A DNA stretch of 41,145 nucleotides from Gammaproteobacteria bacterium (GTDB taxonomy: Bacteria; Pseudomonadota; Gammaproteobacteria; SZUA-152), in contig JAADIL010000277.1 in NCBI GenBank assembly GCA_013151355.1, positions 1 through 41,145 of the forward strand, given 5' to 3'. The notes beneath the pieces are model-generated. The model worked only from the letters and a program-made list of their open reading frames with translations, made no database searches and was not told the origin of the DNA. Position 1 is the first letter of the stretch. Every line of letters starts with the position of its first letter. Positions 23,458 through 33,451 of this stretch are shown piece after piece. The position numbers and the translations under genes are program-made.

Positions 23458-24732
23458 CTAATAAACGGATTCGTCGCTTTGCCAAATAACGGTTTCCAGC
23501 ACTAATGTGCGTGTATCGGCGATGCGTGTCCTGTCCGGCAAGTTGTTTCGCAACATGCGCACAACCTTTTCTGCTGTCGCCCTGTAAGCTGTCAGCTTGC
23601 CACCATAAATCGTCAGCAGCCGGGGGGCGTCCGGGTTATCGGTTTGCAATACGGTTTCGCGCTGACGTGCTGCATACTGCCTGCTGCTCTGGTTTTCACT
23701 ATTTTGGTTTTTACCCATCGGGCTTCCGGCAACAGGCAATACCCTCAAGCCCGCAAATGCTCCGCGAATGTTGGCGGGTGTTGAAAAATAATATTGATAC
23801 GTCTCCAATAAATATTCCTGCTCCGTTGGCAGTAGACGCACTTCTTCGGGATTTCCTGTGAACCGGGTTTCCGTGGTGCCCAGCAGAATGGCGCTGTCTG
23901 CCGCCTGGCCGTCAAGCTGCCAGGGCATCACAAATACCGGGCGTTGATCCCGGGGAGATTCCAGATAATAGCTGCCGTGTTCCAGTTTTCCGTCCAGCAC
24001 CAGGTGTGCGCCCTGCACCAGTTCCACATCTACCGGTTTTACTGGTGAGTCAATGCGGGTCAGCACGTCATTGGCCCAGGGACCGGCAGCATTTACAATT
24101 GCTGTCGTAGTGCAGGTGTGTTCCTGTTCATGCTGTCGATAACGTATTTCCCAGTGTTTTTGCTGTGCATTTTTAATGTCGGATGCTGCGATAAATATGG
24201 CCTGTGTTTTGAGCTGCGCACCCAGTGTTTGTGCCGAGGCCATTACTGCACGAGTCAGTGCTGCATCATCGGTTTGCGCGTCCTGGTACTGGAATACAGC
24301 CTGTAGTCCGGTTGTATTTAACCCGTCCAGCTCTGACCATTCACTGCGTGGTACACGGCGGAATCGCGTATCGCGGCCACCACCGGCTAATAGCGAATAA
24401 AGAGTAAGGCCTGTGCTGATCAACCAGCGGCTACGGACTGAATTTTTATAAACCGGAATAAAAAAAGGCCGCAAGCGTACCAGCCCCGGGGCATTTTTCA
24501 GCAGTAATGTGCGTTCACGCAGACATTCCCGTACCAGTGAAAACTGACCCTGTTCAAGATAACGCAGTCCGCCATGAATCAGCTTGCTGGAACGGCTTGA
24601 TGTGCCACAGGCCAGCTTGCCCTGCTCCAGCACCAGAACACGATAACCGGCTGCTGTTGCTGCCTGTGCAACACCGACACCGTGGATACCTCCGCCAATG
24701 ACCAGTAAGTCATACTGTTCACTGCCCATCAT
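23458..24732 (-). CDS. glpD: FAD-dependent glycerol-3-phosphate dehydrogenase/oxidase family protein
   Basis: Start MMGSEQYDLLVIGGGIHGVG (dinucleotide fold) with RBS AAGGAA. The motif GTSSRSSKLIHGGLRYLE is diagnostic of GlpD/GlpO. At ~424 aa it is shorter than E. coli GlpD. Confidence 0.8.
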   Translation of the reverse strand: MMGSEQYDLLVIGGGIHGVGVAQAATAAGYRVLVLEQGKLACGTSSRSSKLIHGGLRYLEQGQFSLVRECLRERTLLLKNAPGLVRLRPFFIPVYKNSVRSRWLISTGLTLYSLLAGGGRDTRFRRVPRSEWSELDGLNTTGLQAVFQYQDAQTDDAALTRAVMASAQTLGAQLKTQAIFIAASDIKNAQQKHWEIRYRQHEQEHTCTTTAIVNAAGPWANDVLTRIDSPVKPVDVELVQGAHLVLDGKLEHGSYYLESPRDQRPVFVMPWQLDGQAADSAILLGTTETRFTGNPEEVRLLPTEQEYLLETYQYYFSTPANIRGAFAGLRVLPVAGSPMGKNQNSENQSSRQYAARQRETVLQTDNPDAPRLLTIYGGKLTAYRATAEKVVRMLRNNLPDRTRIADTRTLVLETVIWQSDESVY

Positions 24733-25552
24733 TTTTCCTTGCGGGTTTTTGTGCAGCGGGTTGTACAGAGAGTTGTGCAGCAACATCCATCACCTGCAAG
24801 CGGGGATCACGTAACATTGCACCAATATCCCAGGTTTCGATCAACTGTGCACCACGCGAAAACCAATGCAATGCCACAGCCGGGTCTGTCACGTCATAAA
24901 GTGCCCATGACCAGACGCCCGGCCACAACACATCGTTTTTTGGTATCTTTTTGTAGTTACAAAACAGGATATCGGGGGACAGCTGTTCGGCCTGTTGACG
25001 GGCAGCATCGTTCCATTTTGTCAACACCCAGGCAATACGCTGCATCCCGGCATCCCGTGCAGCCTGTAACACCGGCGCATGAAAAGAAATCAATATGCAG
25101 TTATGTTGATGTGCTGCCAGTGCGGTCATCATGTCTTGTGCTACTGCCTTTACGCCAAACTGCATTACCGTGCTGTGTTTGATTTCCACAAACGCCGTCA
25201 CCTCCGGCCACGACGACAACAGTTGTAACACATCGGCCAGCGTTGGCACGGGTTCATCACCAAATTGCTCACCAAATCGTTTCGCCTCACTGGCCCGAAA
25301 TGCGGTCAGCTGTGCCGCTGTCAGTTGATGAATGTTACCGCTGATACCTGTGATACGTTTCAGTTTTTCGTCGTGAAATACCATGGGCACCCGATCAACC
25401 GTAAATTGCACATCAAATTCCACATAACGTGCGCCGACACGCAGTGCTGCCCGCAAGGCGCTCAGGGTGTTTTCGGGATAACACTGGCTATAACCACGAT
25501 GGGCAACCAGACGATGGGCCAGGGTTTGTGTTGGAATTGTGGGTGTTTTCAT
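24719..25552 (-). CDS. Glycerophosphodiester phosphodiesterase (GDPD family)
   Basis: The motif HRGYSQCYPENTLSALRAAL..GARYVEFDVQFT.DRVPMVFHD is present. The ATG at 25552 has a GGAGGA RBS and is preferred over the GTG at 25573. Confidence 0.85.
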   Translation of the reverse strand: MKTPTIPTQTLAHRLVAHRGYSQCYPENTLSALRAALRVGARYVEFDVQFTVDRVPMVFHDEKLKRITGISGNIHQLTAAQLTAFRASEAKRFGEQFGDEPVPTLADVLQLLSSWPEVTAFVEIKHSTVMQFGVKAVAQDMMTALAAHQHNCILISFHAPVLQAARDAGMQRIAWVLTKWNDAARQQAEQLSPDILFCNYKKIPKNDVLWPGVWSWALYDVTDPAVALHWFSRGAQLIETWDIGAMLRDPRLQVMDVAAQLSVQPAAQKPARKNDGQ

Positions 25553-25569
25553 GACTCGTTGTCCTCCAT

Positions 25570-27117
25570 TCACTTTGCCTGCAACTGTTTTGTTAACGTT
25601 ACAGCGGTATGCAGTGCACTGTGCCAGTGCTGGTAACGTTCACCCAGAGCCTGATTATTTTGTGGCACAAAATGTGGGGTTTCGCCCTCATTGCCCCATG
25701 TTTGTTCGGGTGTAGCCAGCAGGTATGCCAGCCCTTTTGCTGTTGCTTCGGTTTGTAACGCACGCTCCACCGGTAATTGGCAGATGTCAGCCAGCCGCTG
25801 ACACAGACCATCCAGTACCGATAAGCCGCCACTGATCATGATGCGATGCAGTGGCACACCGGCCAGACGCATTTCTTCCAGATTAAGGCACAATAAAAAC
25901 ACGATGCTTTCCAGTACGGCCACCATTTTTTCTGATGGCCGTGCATCGCTGGCGTAAGGCCCGACAAATTGCGAGGCAAATTGCGGCAACCAAAATGGAG
26001 AACCCAGGCCGGAAATGCCATTGAGGTACAGCGGAATATTTTTTGCGGTTGCCAGCCAATGGGCATATTGGGTTTGTGCATCTTCCGTTGGTATACCCAG
26101 CTCGCCTGCTACGGCCAGTAGTGCGCTGCCTGCGCCATTTACGGTGGCTTCCAGAACCTGAATGGAACGATCTCCATTATCCCAGACCACGCTGTGTAAC
26201 AAATTTGTTTGTCCCGGATGCTCTGCTGTGATTTTTTCCGGCCCGGTAATACATTGTAAAAAAGCGCCGGTGCCGATGTTGATGTAAGCGATGCCCGCTT
26301 CGGGTTTTCCGGCCGCAAACAATGCAGCTGACTGGTCTCCTGTGCATACCATCAGGGGAATGCTCAGAGGAACAGAGGCATCCGCGATTTCCAGTTTGCC
26401 AAACGGGTAATGGTTGGCAACGCACTGTGGCAGGTATTCATCCGCCAACACAAACATGTGCAACAGATCGGTGGACCAGTCGCGTCGTCGCCAATCCCAC
26501 AACAGGGTACGTGAGGCATTGACAGAATCCACCACAAAGGGATTGGCCTTCAACAGGCGAAACAGCAAAAAACTCGCGAGTGGACCGCAGGCAAGGGTAC
26601 CCCTGTTGCGCGCGGCTTTTACTTCGGCCAGTTGTTCGAGACACCAGTGTATTTTACTGACACCATAATGCGCACTGGGCAACAGACCGGTGATGCTGCG
26701 AATTTGCGCCCGCTGCGATGCAAATTGCTGCATCCAGTCCTGCGCGCGCCGATCCTGCCAGCTGATGGCCGGGGATAGCGCGGCTCCGGTCTCGCGATCC
26801 CAGCACACCACGTTGGAGCGCTGTGTTGCCAGCCCTGCGACACGGATATGACGACAGTGTGCGCCGAGTTGTCCGGTTACATCGGCCAGGGCCTGTCGTA
26901 CCGATTGTTCGATTTCATCGGCATCCTGCTCTACCCAGTCCGGCTGCGGCTGGCACATGCCCACCTCCTGTGTGGCGCTGGCTCGCTGTGTACCGAGAAC
27001 ATCAAACACAGCCACCCGGCTGGCGTGCCCGCCCTGATCTATCACCAGAAACAGCTCATCATTAGTACCTGTTTTGATAAAACGCTCCTTTTCAATCCCA
27101 AACCTTGCGCCAGACAA
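25570..27117 (-). CDS. FGGY-family carbohydrate kinase (glycerol-kinase-like)
   Basis: 515 aa. The N-terminal phosphate-1 motif is LVIDQGGHASRVAVFD, and two actin-like ATPase halves are present. It is the first gene of an operon with GDPD and GlpD. The start codon (TTG at 27117) is uncertain. Confidence 0.75.
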   Translation of the reverse strand: MSGARFGIEKERFIKTGTNDELFLVIDQGGHASRVAVFDVLGTQRASATQEVGMCQPQPDWVEQDADEIEQSVRQALADVTGQLGAHCRHIRVAGLATQRSNVVCWDRETGAALSPAISWQDRRAQDWMQQFASQRAQIRSITGLLPSAHYGVSKIHWCLEQLAEVKAARNRGTLACGPLASFLLFRLLKANPFVVDSVNASRTLLWDWRRRDWSTDLLHMFVLADEYLPQCVANHYPFGKLEIADASVPLSIPLMVCTGDQSAALFAAGKPEAGIAYINIGTGAFLQCITGPEKITAEHPGQTNLLHSVVWDNGDRSIQVLEATVNGAGSALLAVAGELGIPTEDAQTQYAHWLATAKNIPLYLNGISGLGSPFWLPQFASQFVGPYASDARPSEKMVAVLESIVFLLCLNLEEMRLAGVPLHRIMISGGLSVLDGLCQRLADICQLPVERALQTEATAKGLAYLLATPEQTWGNEGETPHFVPQNNQALGERYQHWHSALHTAVTLTKQLQAK

Positions 27118-27313
27118 GCATCAGGCCCGGCCCATAATATTAGTTTGCATTAATATTAGAACCAGACTAAACTTGCCTCCAGGTTCTACTGATCCCCTAT
27201 GTAGAACGTATTTTCGCCCTGCACACCACTGCTCCTCCCTCCTTTGAGCATTCGCAGGGCTTTTTTTTACCCTCGGCCTGCACGGCTGTAGCCCGATAAA
27301 CAATATCATTTTG

Positions 27314-27991
27314 CTAAAAGGGTGCTTCGCTGATAAACCGCAACGGCCTGGCCGACACGGGATGCATAAATGTCAGCGACATTGCATGCAGTAACAGGCG
27401 TGGAGATTTGGCCCGTGCCTGCTCATCGGCATAAAAGCGATCCCCTAATACGGGATGTCCCAGCGACTGCATGTGTACCCGCAATTGATGCGAGCGTCCC
27501 GTTTCCGGTATCAGCTCCACTCGCGTGCTGTACGCATCAATACCTGCTCCCAGCACCGTGAACAGGGTGCGGGACGGTTTGCCTTGCTGGTGATCCACCT
27601 TTTGCCTTGGCCGGTTCGGCCAATCACAAATCAGTGGCAAATCAATACTGCCTGTTGTATTCCGCAGCACACCACTGACCACCGCGATGTAACGCTTTTG
27701 CACCGCACGCTGCTGAAACAGACCACTTAATTGGCGATGAGTTGTTTTGTCCCGGGCCAGGACCAGCAAGCCTGAGGTTTCCATATCCAGGCGATGTACG
27801 ATCAGGGCGTCGGGAAACTCCACTTGCACACGTGAAACAAGACAGTCCTGTTTATCATTACCCCGCCCCGGTACTGACAACAGGCCGTTGGGTTTATTCA
27901 CTACCAGCAGCGCATCATCGCTATACACAACATCCAGCCCGTTGTTAGCCGGGGGTTGGTAATCAAACCCTGTATCGTTCGTATTCGTCAT
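27314..27991 (-). CDS. rluA: RluA-family pseudouridine synthase
   Basis: 225 aa. The catalytic motif is HRLDMETSGLLVLAR. Size and layout match RluA, with no S4 domain. Confidence 0.85.
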   Translation of the reverse strand: MTNTNDTGFDYQPPANNGLDVVYSDDALLVVNKPNGLLSVPGRGNDKQDCLVSRVQVEFPDALIVHRLDMETSGLLVLARDKTTHRQLSGLFQQRAVQKRYIAVVSGVLRNTTGSIDLPLICDWPNRPRQKVDHQQGKPSRTLFTVLGAGIDAYSTRVELIPETGRSHQLRVHMQSLGHPVLGDRFYADEQARAKSPRLLLHAMSLTFMHPVSARPLRFISEAPF

Positions 27992-28032
27992 AGTGTCTCA
28001 AGTTCAAAATGTGAAGGTCTCCCGGCCTGTAA

Positions 28033-28217
28033 CCTGGATCCTGCAAGTGGTCGTGCTTGCGCAGTGCAAGATATTGATTCGTAGAGTGAATGACAACTTT
28101 GAGCGTAATCCTTATTGTGATTGCCGAAAAGTTTCATCTCGTTATACGGATCAAGAGCTCGCCTGAAGCGCCTGGTGTTGGTGTGCTGAGTGAGTGCGAC
28201 CACTTGCAGGATCCAGG
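28033..28217. mobile_element. MITE-like element with perfect 21-bp terminal inverted repeats
   Basis: CCTGGATCCTGCAAGTGGTCG (28033-28053) is the exact reverse complement of CGACCACTTGCAGGATCCAGG (28197-28217). The interior carries the GCCTGAAGCGCCTGGTGTTGGTG module related to family B. Confidence 0.7.
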
Positions 28218-28486
28218 TGTTGTACCAGTAAAGTAAAATGGCGCGGAGACGAGGGGTAGAGTGGTTACGGCTCTCGGGAATACCCTGGTTTCTCACCGGT
28301 CTTAATTACGGTACAATTGAGCTATAACATGCACAACATCTGATTGTGCGTCCATTTTTGGGGGGCCGCCATGTCGGCCCCTCGTTCGTTGTTTCAGATG
28401 CCGCATAACACCGTTATCGTGGCGGGGTAACCGCGAGGCGACTTTGAATAATCATTTTACAAGTAACTATATGAGGAGCAAAACCA

Positions 28487-29035
28487 ATGAATCTTGATCG
28501 AGTCAGCTCAGGTGCTGATGTACCCAATGACATCAATGTCATTATTGAAATCCCCGCGCACAGCGACCCTGTGAAATATGAGGTGGATAAAGACACGGGC
28601 GCCATGTTCGTGGACCGCTTCATGAATACCGCCATGTATTACCCCTGCAACTATGGTTACATCCCGCGCACACTGTCCGAAGATGGTGATGCAACCGACG
28701 TGCTGGTCGTCACACCAACACCACTGATCAGTGGGTCGGTGATTCGTTGTCGCCCTGTCGGCATGCTGCAAATGACCGATGAATCCGGCGTTGATGCCAA
28801 AATTCTTGCTGTGCCTGTGGACAAACTTGCCGTGCAGTATCGAGGTGTGAAAACACTGGATGACCTGCCGCCCTTGTTGCTGGAGCAGGTCGCCCATTTC
28901 TTTGAGCATTACAAAGACCTTGAAAGTAACAAGTGGGTGAAAATCGACGGCTGGATTGGTCTGGATGAAGCCAAAGCAGAAATCATGGCCTCGGTGGAAC
29001 GCTACAATGCCGCGCCGGAAAAACCCGCTTTCTGA
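28487..29035 (+). CDS. ppa: Inorganic pyrophosphatase
   Basis: 182 aa, collinear with E. coli Ppa ([35 protein letters not shown]...DGD..DVLV). Confidence 0.95.
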   Translation: MNLDRVSSGADVPNDINVIIEIPAHSDPVKYEVDKDTGAMFVDRFMNTAMYYPCNYGYIPRTLSEDGDATDVLVVTPTPLISGSVIRCRPVGMLQMTDESGVDAKILAVPVDKLAVQYRGVKTLDDLPPLLLEQVAHFFEHYKDLESNKWVKIDGWIGLDEAKAEIMASVERYNAAPEKPAF

Positions 29036-29046
29036 AATTGAGTCCT

Positions 29047-29083
29047 CCGATTGCAGGGTGGGCACTGCCCACCCTGCAATCGG
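29047..29083 (+). terminator. REP-like 17-bp hairpin 11 nt after the ppa stop
   Basis: CCGATTGCAGGGTGGGC-ACT-GCCCACCCTGCAATCGG. There is no U tail. Its core 21-mer recurs at 30927-30947. Confidence 0.5.
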
Positions 29084-29137
29084 ATGTTACTGCAAGTCAT
29101 TGATTCATTATTCGAGTACGTAACATCAGTGAATAAT

Positions 29138-29270
29138 GAAAATCCAACGCAAAGGTGCGAAGACGCAGAGCGCGCAAAGAGTGAGAGGATAACGAGCAAA
29201 AGAGATAAAAAATTTCAAATGCTGTGAATCTCTGCATTCCCTGCCGCTTCGCGTCTTTGCGTTGGATTTT
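29138..29270. mobile_element. MITE-like element, family C, copy 1
   Basis: The inverted arms are GAAAATCCAACGCAAAGGTGCGAAGACGCAGAG and (reverse complement) TAAAATCCAACGCAAAGACGCGAAGCGGCAG. The terminal 17 nt are identical. Confidence 0.65.
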
Positions 29271-29394
29271 ATGACGCGGTGATTCGGGGTCGAGGAACAG
29301 CCTGTTCCACCGAATGTAAACCGATAATTTTATTCCGCTGGCAGACTGAAGTTTGCTACTCCCCCCGGTCTCTCGAACCACGTACAATCCACAA

Positions 29395-29895
29395 ATGCGT
29401 TACTTGTTGCTATTCACACTATTGTTATCGCTCACCGCCTGCGGTTTCCATCTGCGCGGCTCGGTGCAGTTGCCCCCGGAACTGGCTGAAATGGCCTTGC
29501 GCGATGCGAGCCCGGCGACCGACATTCTGCCCGAGCTGCGTCGTGCCCTGAAAAATGAAAATATCCGTCTCAATGAGACCGCACCGCTGGTATTGCAATT
29601 AAAGGCAGAGCAATACGGCAAGCGGGTGCTCTCGGTGGACTCATCCGGCCGGGCACAGGAATATGGTTTGAGCTACACGGTACGTTTTTCCATGCAGGGT
29701 AACGATGGCGCGGTGTGGTTGACCGAACAGGCGGTAACCGAAAACCGTGATCTGCGTTTTGACGCCAATGCTGTGTTGGGTACGGCCAGTGAAGAAAGGC
29801 TGTTAAAAACGGAAATGCGCCGTGATGCCGTGTTACAAATCCTGCGCCGATTGCAGAAAGCTAAAATGCACACGCCAGCGTCGGAGTTGAAATGA
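29395..29895 (+). CDS. lptE: LPS-assembly lipoprotein LptE
   Basis: The start is MRYLLLFTLLLSLTACGFHLRG (lipobox followed by the conserved GFHLRG). It lies immediately upstream of holA with a 4-nt overlap, the classical arrangement. Confidence 0.85.
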   Translation: MRYLLLFTLLLSLTACGFHLRGSVQLPPELAEMALRDASPATDILPELRRALKNENIRLNETAPLVLQLKAEQYGKRVLSVDSSGRAQEYGLSYTVRFSMQGNDGAVWLTEQAVTENRDLRFDANAVLGTASEERLLKTEMRRDAVLQILRRLQKAKMHTPASELK

Positions 29896-30911
29896 AGATT
29901 TTCCCGGACAAACTCGATGCACAGCTAAAAAATACCCTGCTACCCATTTATTTTTTCAGCGGTGACGAACCTCTGCAACTGAACGAAGCCGCTGATGCCG
30001 TGCGTCGCCATGCCCGCGAGCAGGGTTTTACCGAGCGGGAAGTCATGCACGTCGAAAAGGGTTTCGACTGGAATGAACTGCTGATGGCCAGCAATGCCCT
30101 GTCGCTGTTTGCTGAAAAACGCGTGATTGATTTACGTCTGCCCTCGGGCAAACCAGGCAAGGATGGTGGCGCGGCGTTGACGGAATATGCCGAACGCCCG
30201 CCGGAGGACACGGTGCTGCTTATCAGCAGTGGCAAGGTAGACAAGCGTTCGCAATCGGCGAAATGGTACAAGGCGCTGGACAAGGTGGGAGCAACACTGC
30301 AAGTGTGGCCAGTGGAAGCAGCGGAGATGCCGCGATGGCTGGATCAGCGTTTGCGCTCTCGTGGCCTGCAACCGGATTGGGATGCCGTGCGCATTATTGC
30401 CGAACGGGTGGAAGGCAATCTGCTGGCAGCAGCACAGGAAGTGGACAAGCTGGTATTGCTTAACGGCACAGGCTCGTTGTCTGCCGGGCAAGCGGAAGCA
30501 GCAGTGGCGAATAGTGCCCGTTTCGACGTGTTCGGGCTGGTGGATGCGGCCTTGATCGGTGATGTGCCGCGGTTGACACGCATGCTGGATGGCCTGCGTG
30601 GCGAGGGCGTAGAGCCCATATTGGTGTTATGGGCGCTGACCCGCGAGTTGCGTAATCTTGCCGATATGGCGGCGCAAATTGAGAGTGGCAAAGGTATGGA
30701 CGGTGTGCTGACGCGTGTTTGGGGTAAGCGAAAAGGGCCGGTAAAAGCCGGGTTGCAACGCCATAATTGTATGCGCTGGCAGCAGATGCTGCGTCGTGCC
30801 GCGCGGCTGGACCGTGTGATAAAAGGTGCAGCATCGGGTAATGCCTGGGATGAGTTGTTACAATTGACCCTGTTGATGGCCGGGGTACAGCTGTTTCGCG
30901 CGGCAGGGTGA
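29892..30911 (+). CDS. holA: DNA polymerase III delta subunit
   Basis: 339 aa. The N-terminus ...[37 protein letters not shown] parallels E. coli HolA. Confidence 0.9.
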   Translation: MKIFPDKLDAQLKNTLLPIYFFSGDEPLQLNEAADAVRRHAREQGFTEREVMHVEKGFDWNELLMASNALSLFAEKRVIDLRLPSGKPGKDGGAALTEYAERPPEDTVLLISSGKVDKRSQSAKWYKALDKVGATLQVWPVEAAEMPRWLDQRLRSRGLQPDWDAVRIIAERVEGNLLAAAQEVDKLVLLNGTGSLSAGQAEAAVANSARFDVFGLVDAALIGDVPRLTRMLDGLRGEGVEPILVLWALTRELRNLADMAAQIESGKGMDGVLTRVWGKRKGPVKAGLQRHNCMRWQQMLRRAARLDRVIKGAASGNAWDELLQLTLLMAGVQLFRAAG

Positions 30912-30926
30912 ATTGCAGGTGGAATC

Positions 30927-30947
30927 GCAGGGTGGGCACTGCCCACC
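30927..30947. repeat. REP-like palindromic 21-mer (second copy)
   Basis: GCAGGGTGGGCACTGCCCACC is identical to 29053-29073. A degenerate third GGTGGGC..GTGCCCAC unit lies at about 30972-30993. Confidence 0.6.
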
Positions 30948-31017
30948 AGCATGGTTCGAAAAGGCGCAATTGGTGGGCGGTGTGGTGCCCACTCTACGGG
31001 TAAAGAGAATCGAAACG

Positions 31018-32274
31018 ATGGATATTAAGCAATACATGACTGAGACGGGCCAACAGGCCCGCAGCGCTTCGCGTGCCATGGCGCGTGCCGACACAGGGGC
31101 GAAGAATGCCGCGTTGCTGCATATTGCCGATGCGATTATGGCTGCGCAAACCGTGCTCATTGCCGAAAATGCCCGGGATCTGGAGCAGGGCAAACAGGAC
31201 GGGCTTGATGCTGCGTTGCTGGACCGGCTGGAACTCAATGCCGAGCGCATTGCGGGTATGGCGGAAGGGTTGCGCCAGATTGCAGCACTGCCTGATCCCG
31301 TGGGTGAAATCAGTGATCTCAACTATCGTCCCTCCGGTATTCAGGTGGGCAAGATGCGCGTGCCGCTGGGTGTCATCGGCATTATCTACGAATCACGTCC
31401 CAATGTGACAGCGGATGCGGCGGCATTGTGTCTGAAGTCTGGCAATGCCGCGATTTTGCGCGGTGGTTCCGAAGCCAGACATTCCAATCAGGCCATCGCC
31501 ACGGTGATTCACACCGGACTGGAAAAGGCCGGGTTACCACAGAATGCCGTGCAGGTCATTGCAACCACGGACCGTGCTGCGGTAGGTGAGTTGATCACCA
31601 TGCCACAGTTCGTGGATGTCATCGTGCCGCGTGGTGGCAAGGGACTCATTGAGCGCATCAGTGCTGAAGCCAGAGTGCCGGTGATCAAACATTTGCACGG
31701 TGTGTGTCATGTATACATCGATGGCGAAGCTGATCTCGACAAGGCTGTGGCTATCGCCTTCAATGCCAAATGTCATCGTTATGGTGTGTGTAATGCGATG
31801 GAGACTTTGTTGGTGGATACATCGGTGGCCGCCGAAGTATTGCCGCGTCTGGCCATCGAGTATGCTAAAGAAAATGTTGAGCTGCGCGGTTGCGTACACA
31901 CTCGGGATATTTTATCCGGCATCAATGCCGCGAGCGACGAAGACTGGGACGAGGAATATCTCGCTCCGGTTTTATCGATTCGTGTGGTAGAGGGGCTGGA
32001 TGGAGCTATCACTCATATACACCAACACAGTTCCGGGCATACCGAATCCATCGTCACTGAAAATTACACCCGTGCGCGGCGTTTTCTTGCTGAAGTGGAT
32101 TCTTCATCAGTAATGGTTAATGCTTCCACGCGTTTTGCCGATGGGTTTGAATATGGGCTGGGTGCCGAAATCGGTATCAGCACCGACAAAATTCATGTAC
32201 GCGGGCCGGTGGGGCTCGAAGGGCTCACGTCGCAAAAATACATTGTGTTGGGCGATGGGCACATCAGAGGTTAA
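31018..32274 (+). CDS. proA: Gamma-glutamyl phosphate reductase
   Basis: It starts at MDIKQYM... and is collinear with E. coli ProA ([40 protein letters not shown]). The ORF-track start at 30913 reads through the REP units. Confidence 0.93.
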   Translation: MDIKQYMTETGQQARSASRAMARADTGAKNAALLHIADAIMAAQTVLIAENARDLEQGKQDGLDAALLDRLELNAERIAGMAEGLRQIAALPDPVGEISDLNYRPSGIQVGKMRVPLGVIGIIYESRPNVTADAAALCLKSGNAAILRGGSEARHSNQAIATVIHTGLEKAGLPQNAVQVIATTDRAAVGELITMPQFVDVIVPRGGKGLIERISAEARVPVIKHLHGVCHVYIDGEADLDKAVAIAFNAKCHRYGVCNAMETLLVDTSVAAEVLPRLAIEYAKENVELRGCVHTRDILSGINAASDEDWDEEYLAPVLSIRVVEGLDGAITHIHQHSSGHTESIVTENYTRARRFLAEVDSSSVMVNASTRFADGFEYGLGAEIGISTDKIHVRGPVGLEGLTSQKYIVLGDGHIRG

Positions 32275-32335
32275 TTGAATCAGAATGTGTCATCTTGAAA
32301 TTTAGCGATTCTACTGCTGCAACCCGGTACCGTTT

Positions 32336-33085
32336 ATGATCGGTATCTTCGGTGGCACCTTCGACCCCGTGCATTTCGGTCATCTGCGTCCGGCGCTGGA
32401 TGTGAAGCAGGCGCTGGGACTGGATGAGATGCGCATGATTCCTGCTTTTCAACCGCCGCACCGGGCGCAACCTGTAGCCAACCCCGGACAACGTCTGACC
32501 ATGCTGCGTGCTGCCGTGGGTGGTGAGCCGGATCTACAGGTCGACAATCGTGAAATGTTGCGTGAAGGGGAGTCCTTTATGGTGGACACCCTGGCTTCTC
32601 TGCGCAATGAATCTGGCGATGAGCCACTGTGCCTGATATTAGGGGCAGATGCCTTTTTGAAGTTAGACGAATGGCATCATTGGCAGGAAATTCCTGAGTT
32701 GGCGCACATTGTGGTTACCCATCGTCCTGGCTGGCAACTGGATATGAATGTGGCAAGCCCGGAATTACAGGCGTTATGGCGTGAACGACAGGTGACGGAC
32801 GGCGCCCGACTTGCTGCCAGCCAGGCAGGCAGAATTATTTTGCAGGCAGTGACACCACTGGAAATTTCCGCAACGCAGGTTCGCGCTCTGGTAGCAGCGG
32901 GTAAAAGCCCGCGCTATTTATTGCCTGATGCGGTGTGGAATTTGATTCGCATGCATGGCTTGTATGGCTTCTCTGCAATCAATGATGCGAAAAACAATCC
33001 GGTAAAAACCAAAATGGGCAATAACAGGGTTCTCAGGGTCAATACCGGAACCAATATTCAGGATAAACAAAATGAAGGTAGATGA
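32336..33085 (+). CDS. nadD: Nicotinate-nucleotide adenylyltransferase
   Basis: The motif [17 protein letters not shown] is present. The ~35-aa low-complexity C-terminal tail overlaps the rsfS start by 14 nt. Confidence 0.9.
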   Translation: MIGIFGGTFDPVHFGHLRPALDVKQALGLDEMRMIPAFQPPHRAQPVANPGQRLTMLRAAVGGEPDLQVDNREMLREGESFMVDTLASLRNESGDEPLCLILGADAFLKLDEWHHWQEIPELAHIVVTHRPGWQLDMNVASPELQALWRERQVTDGARLAASQAGRIILQAVTPLEISATQVRALVAAGKSPRYLLPDAVWNLIRMHGLYGFSAINDAKNNPVKTKMGNNRVLRVNTGTNIQDKQNEGR

Positions 33086-33425
33086 ATTAACTCAACTCGC
33101 TTTTGATGCGCTGGATGATTTGAAGGCGGTGGATGTACGAGTGCTGGATGTACGTGGAAAAACCAGTGTTACCGATATGATGGTGATTGCGACCGGCACG
33201 TCGGCCCGACATGTAAAATCATTGGCAAACAATGTGATCGTCAAAGTTAAACAGAGTGGTGAAACACCCATAGGTATCGAGGGTGAAGATACGGGTGAAT
33301 GGGTGCTGGTGGACCTGGGAGATGTAGTGGTGCATGTTTTGCAGGCGGAGACTCGTGACTTTTACCAGTTAGAAAAATTATGGGACACGGAGCCGATGAG
33401 TCGCTCCGAATCATCTAACGGTTAG
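33072..33425 (+). CDS. rsfS: Ribosomal silencing factor RsfS
   Basis: 117 aa. It has the motifs ...[33 protein letters not shown]... and W.LVD.GDVVVH. Confidence 0.9.
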   Translation: MKVDELTQLAFDALDDLKAVDVRVLDVRGKTSVTDMMVIATGTSARHVKSLANNVIVKVKQSGETPIGIEGEDTGEWVLVDLGDVVVHVLQAETRDFYQLEKLWDTEPMSRSESSNG

Positions 33426-33451
33426 TTACCTGTTTTGTGATTATCTGACCC

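Noticed and set aside
27136-27300. GCCCTGC...GCAGGGC plus T8 on the + strand between rluA and the FGGY kinase
   Set aside because: The loop is ~30 nt and the T-tract is on the strand opposite to both flanking genes. It is not convincing as a terminator for either gene.
29097-29387. 96-aa minus-strand ORF between ppa and lptE (and 33910-34095 near rlmH)
   Set aside because: These are translations of the family C MITE arms. The same peptide-like strings appear wherever the repeat occurs.
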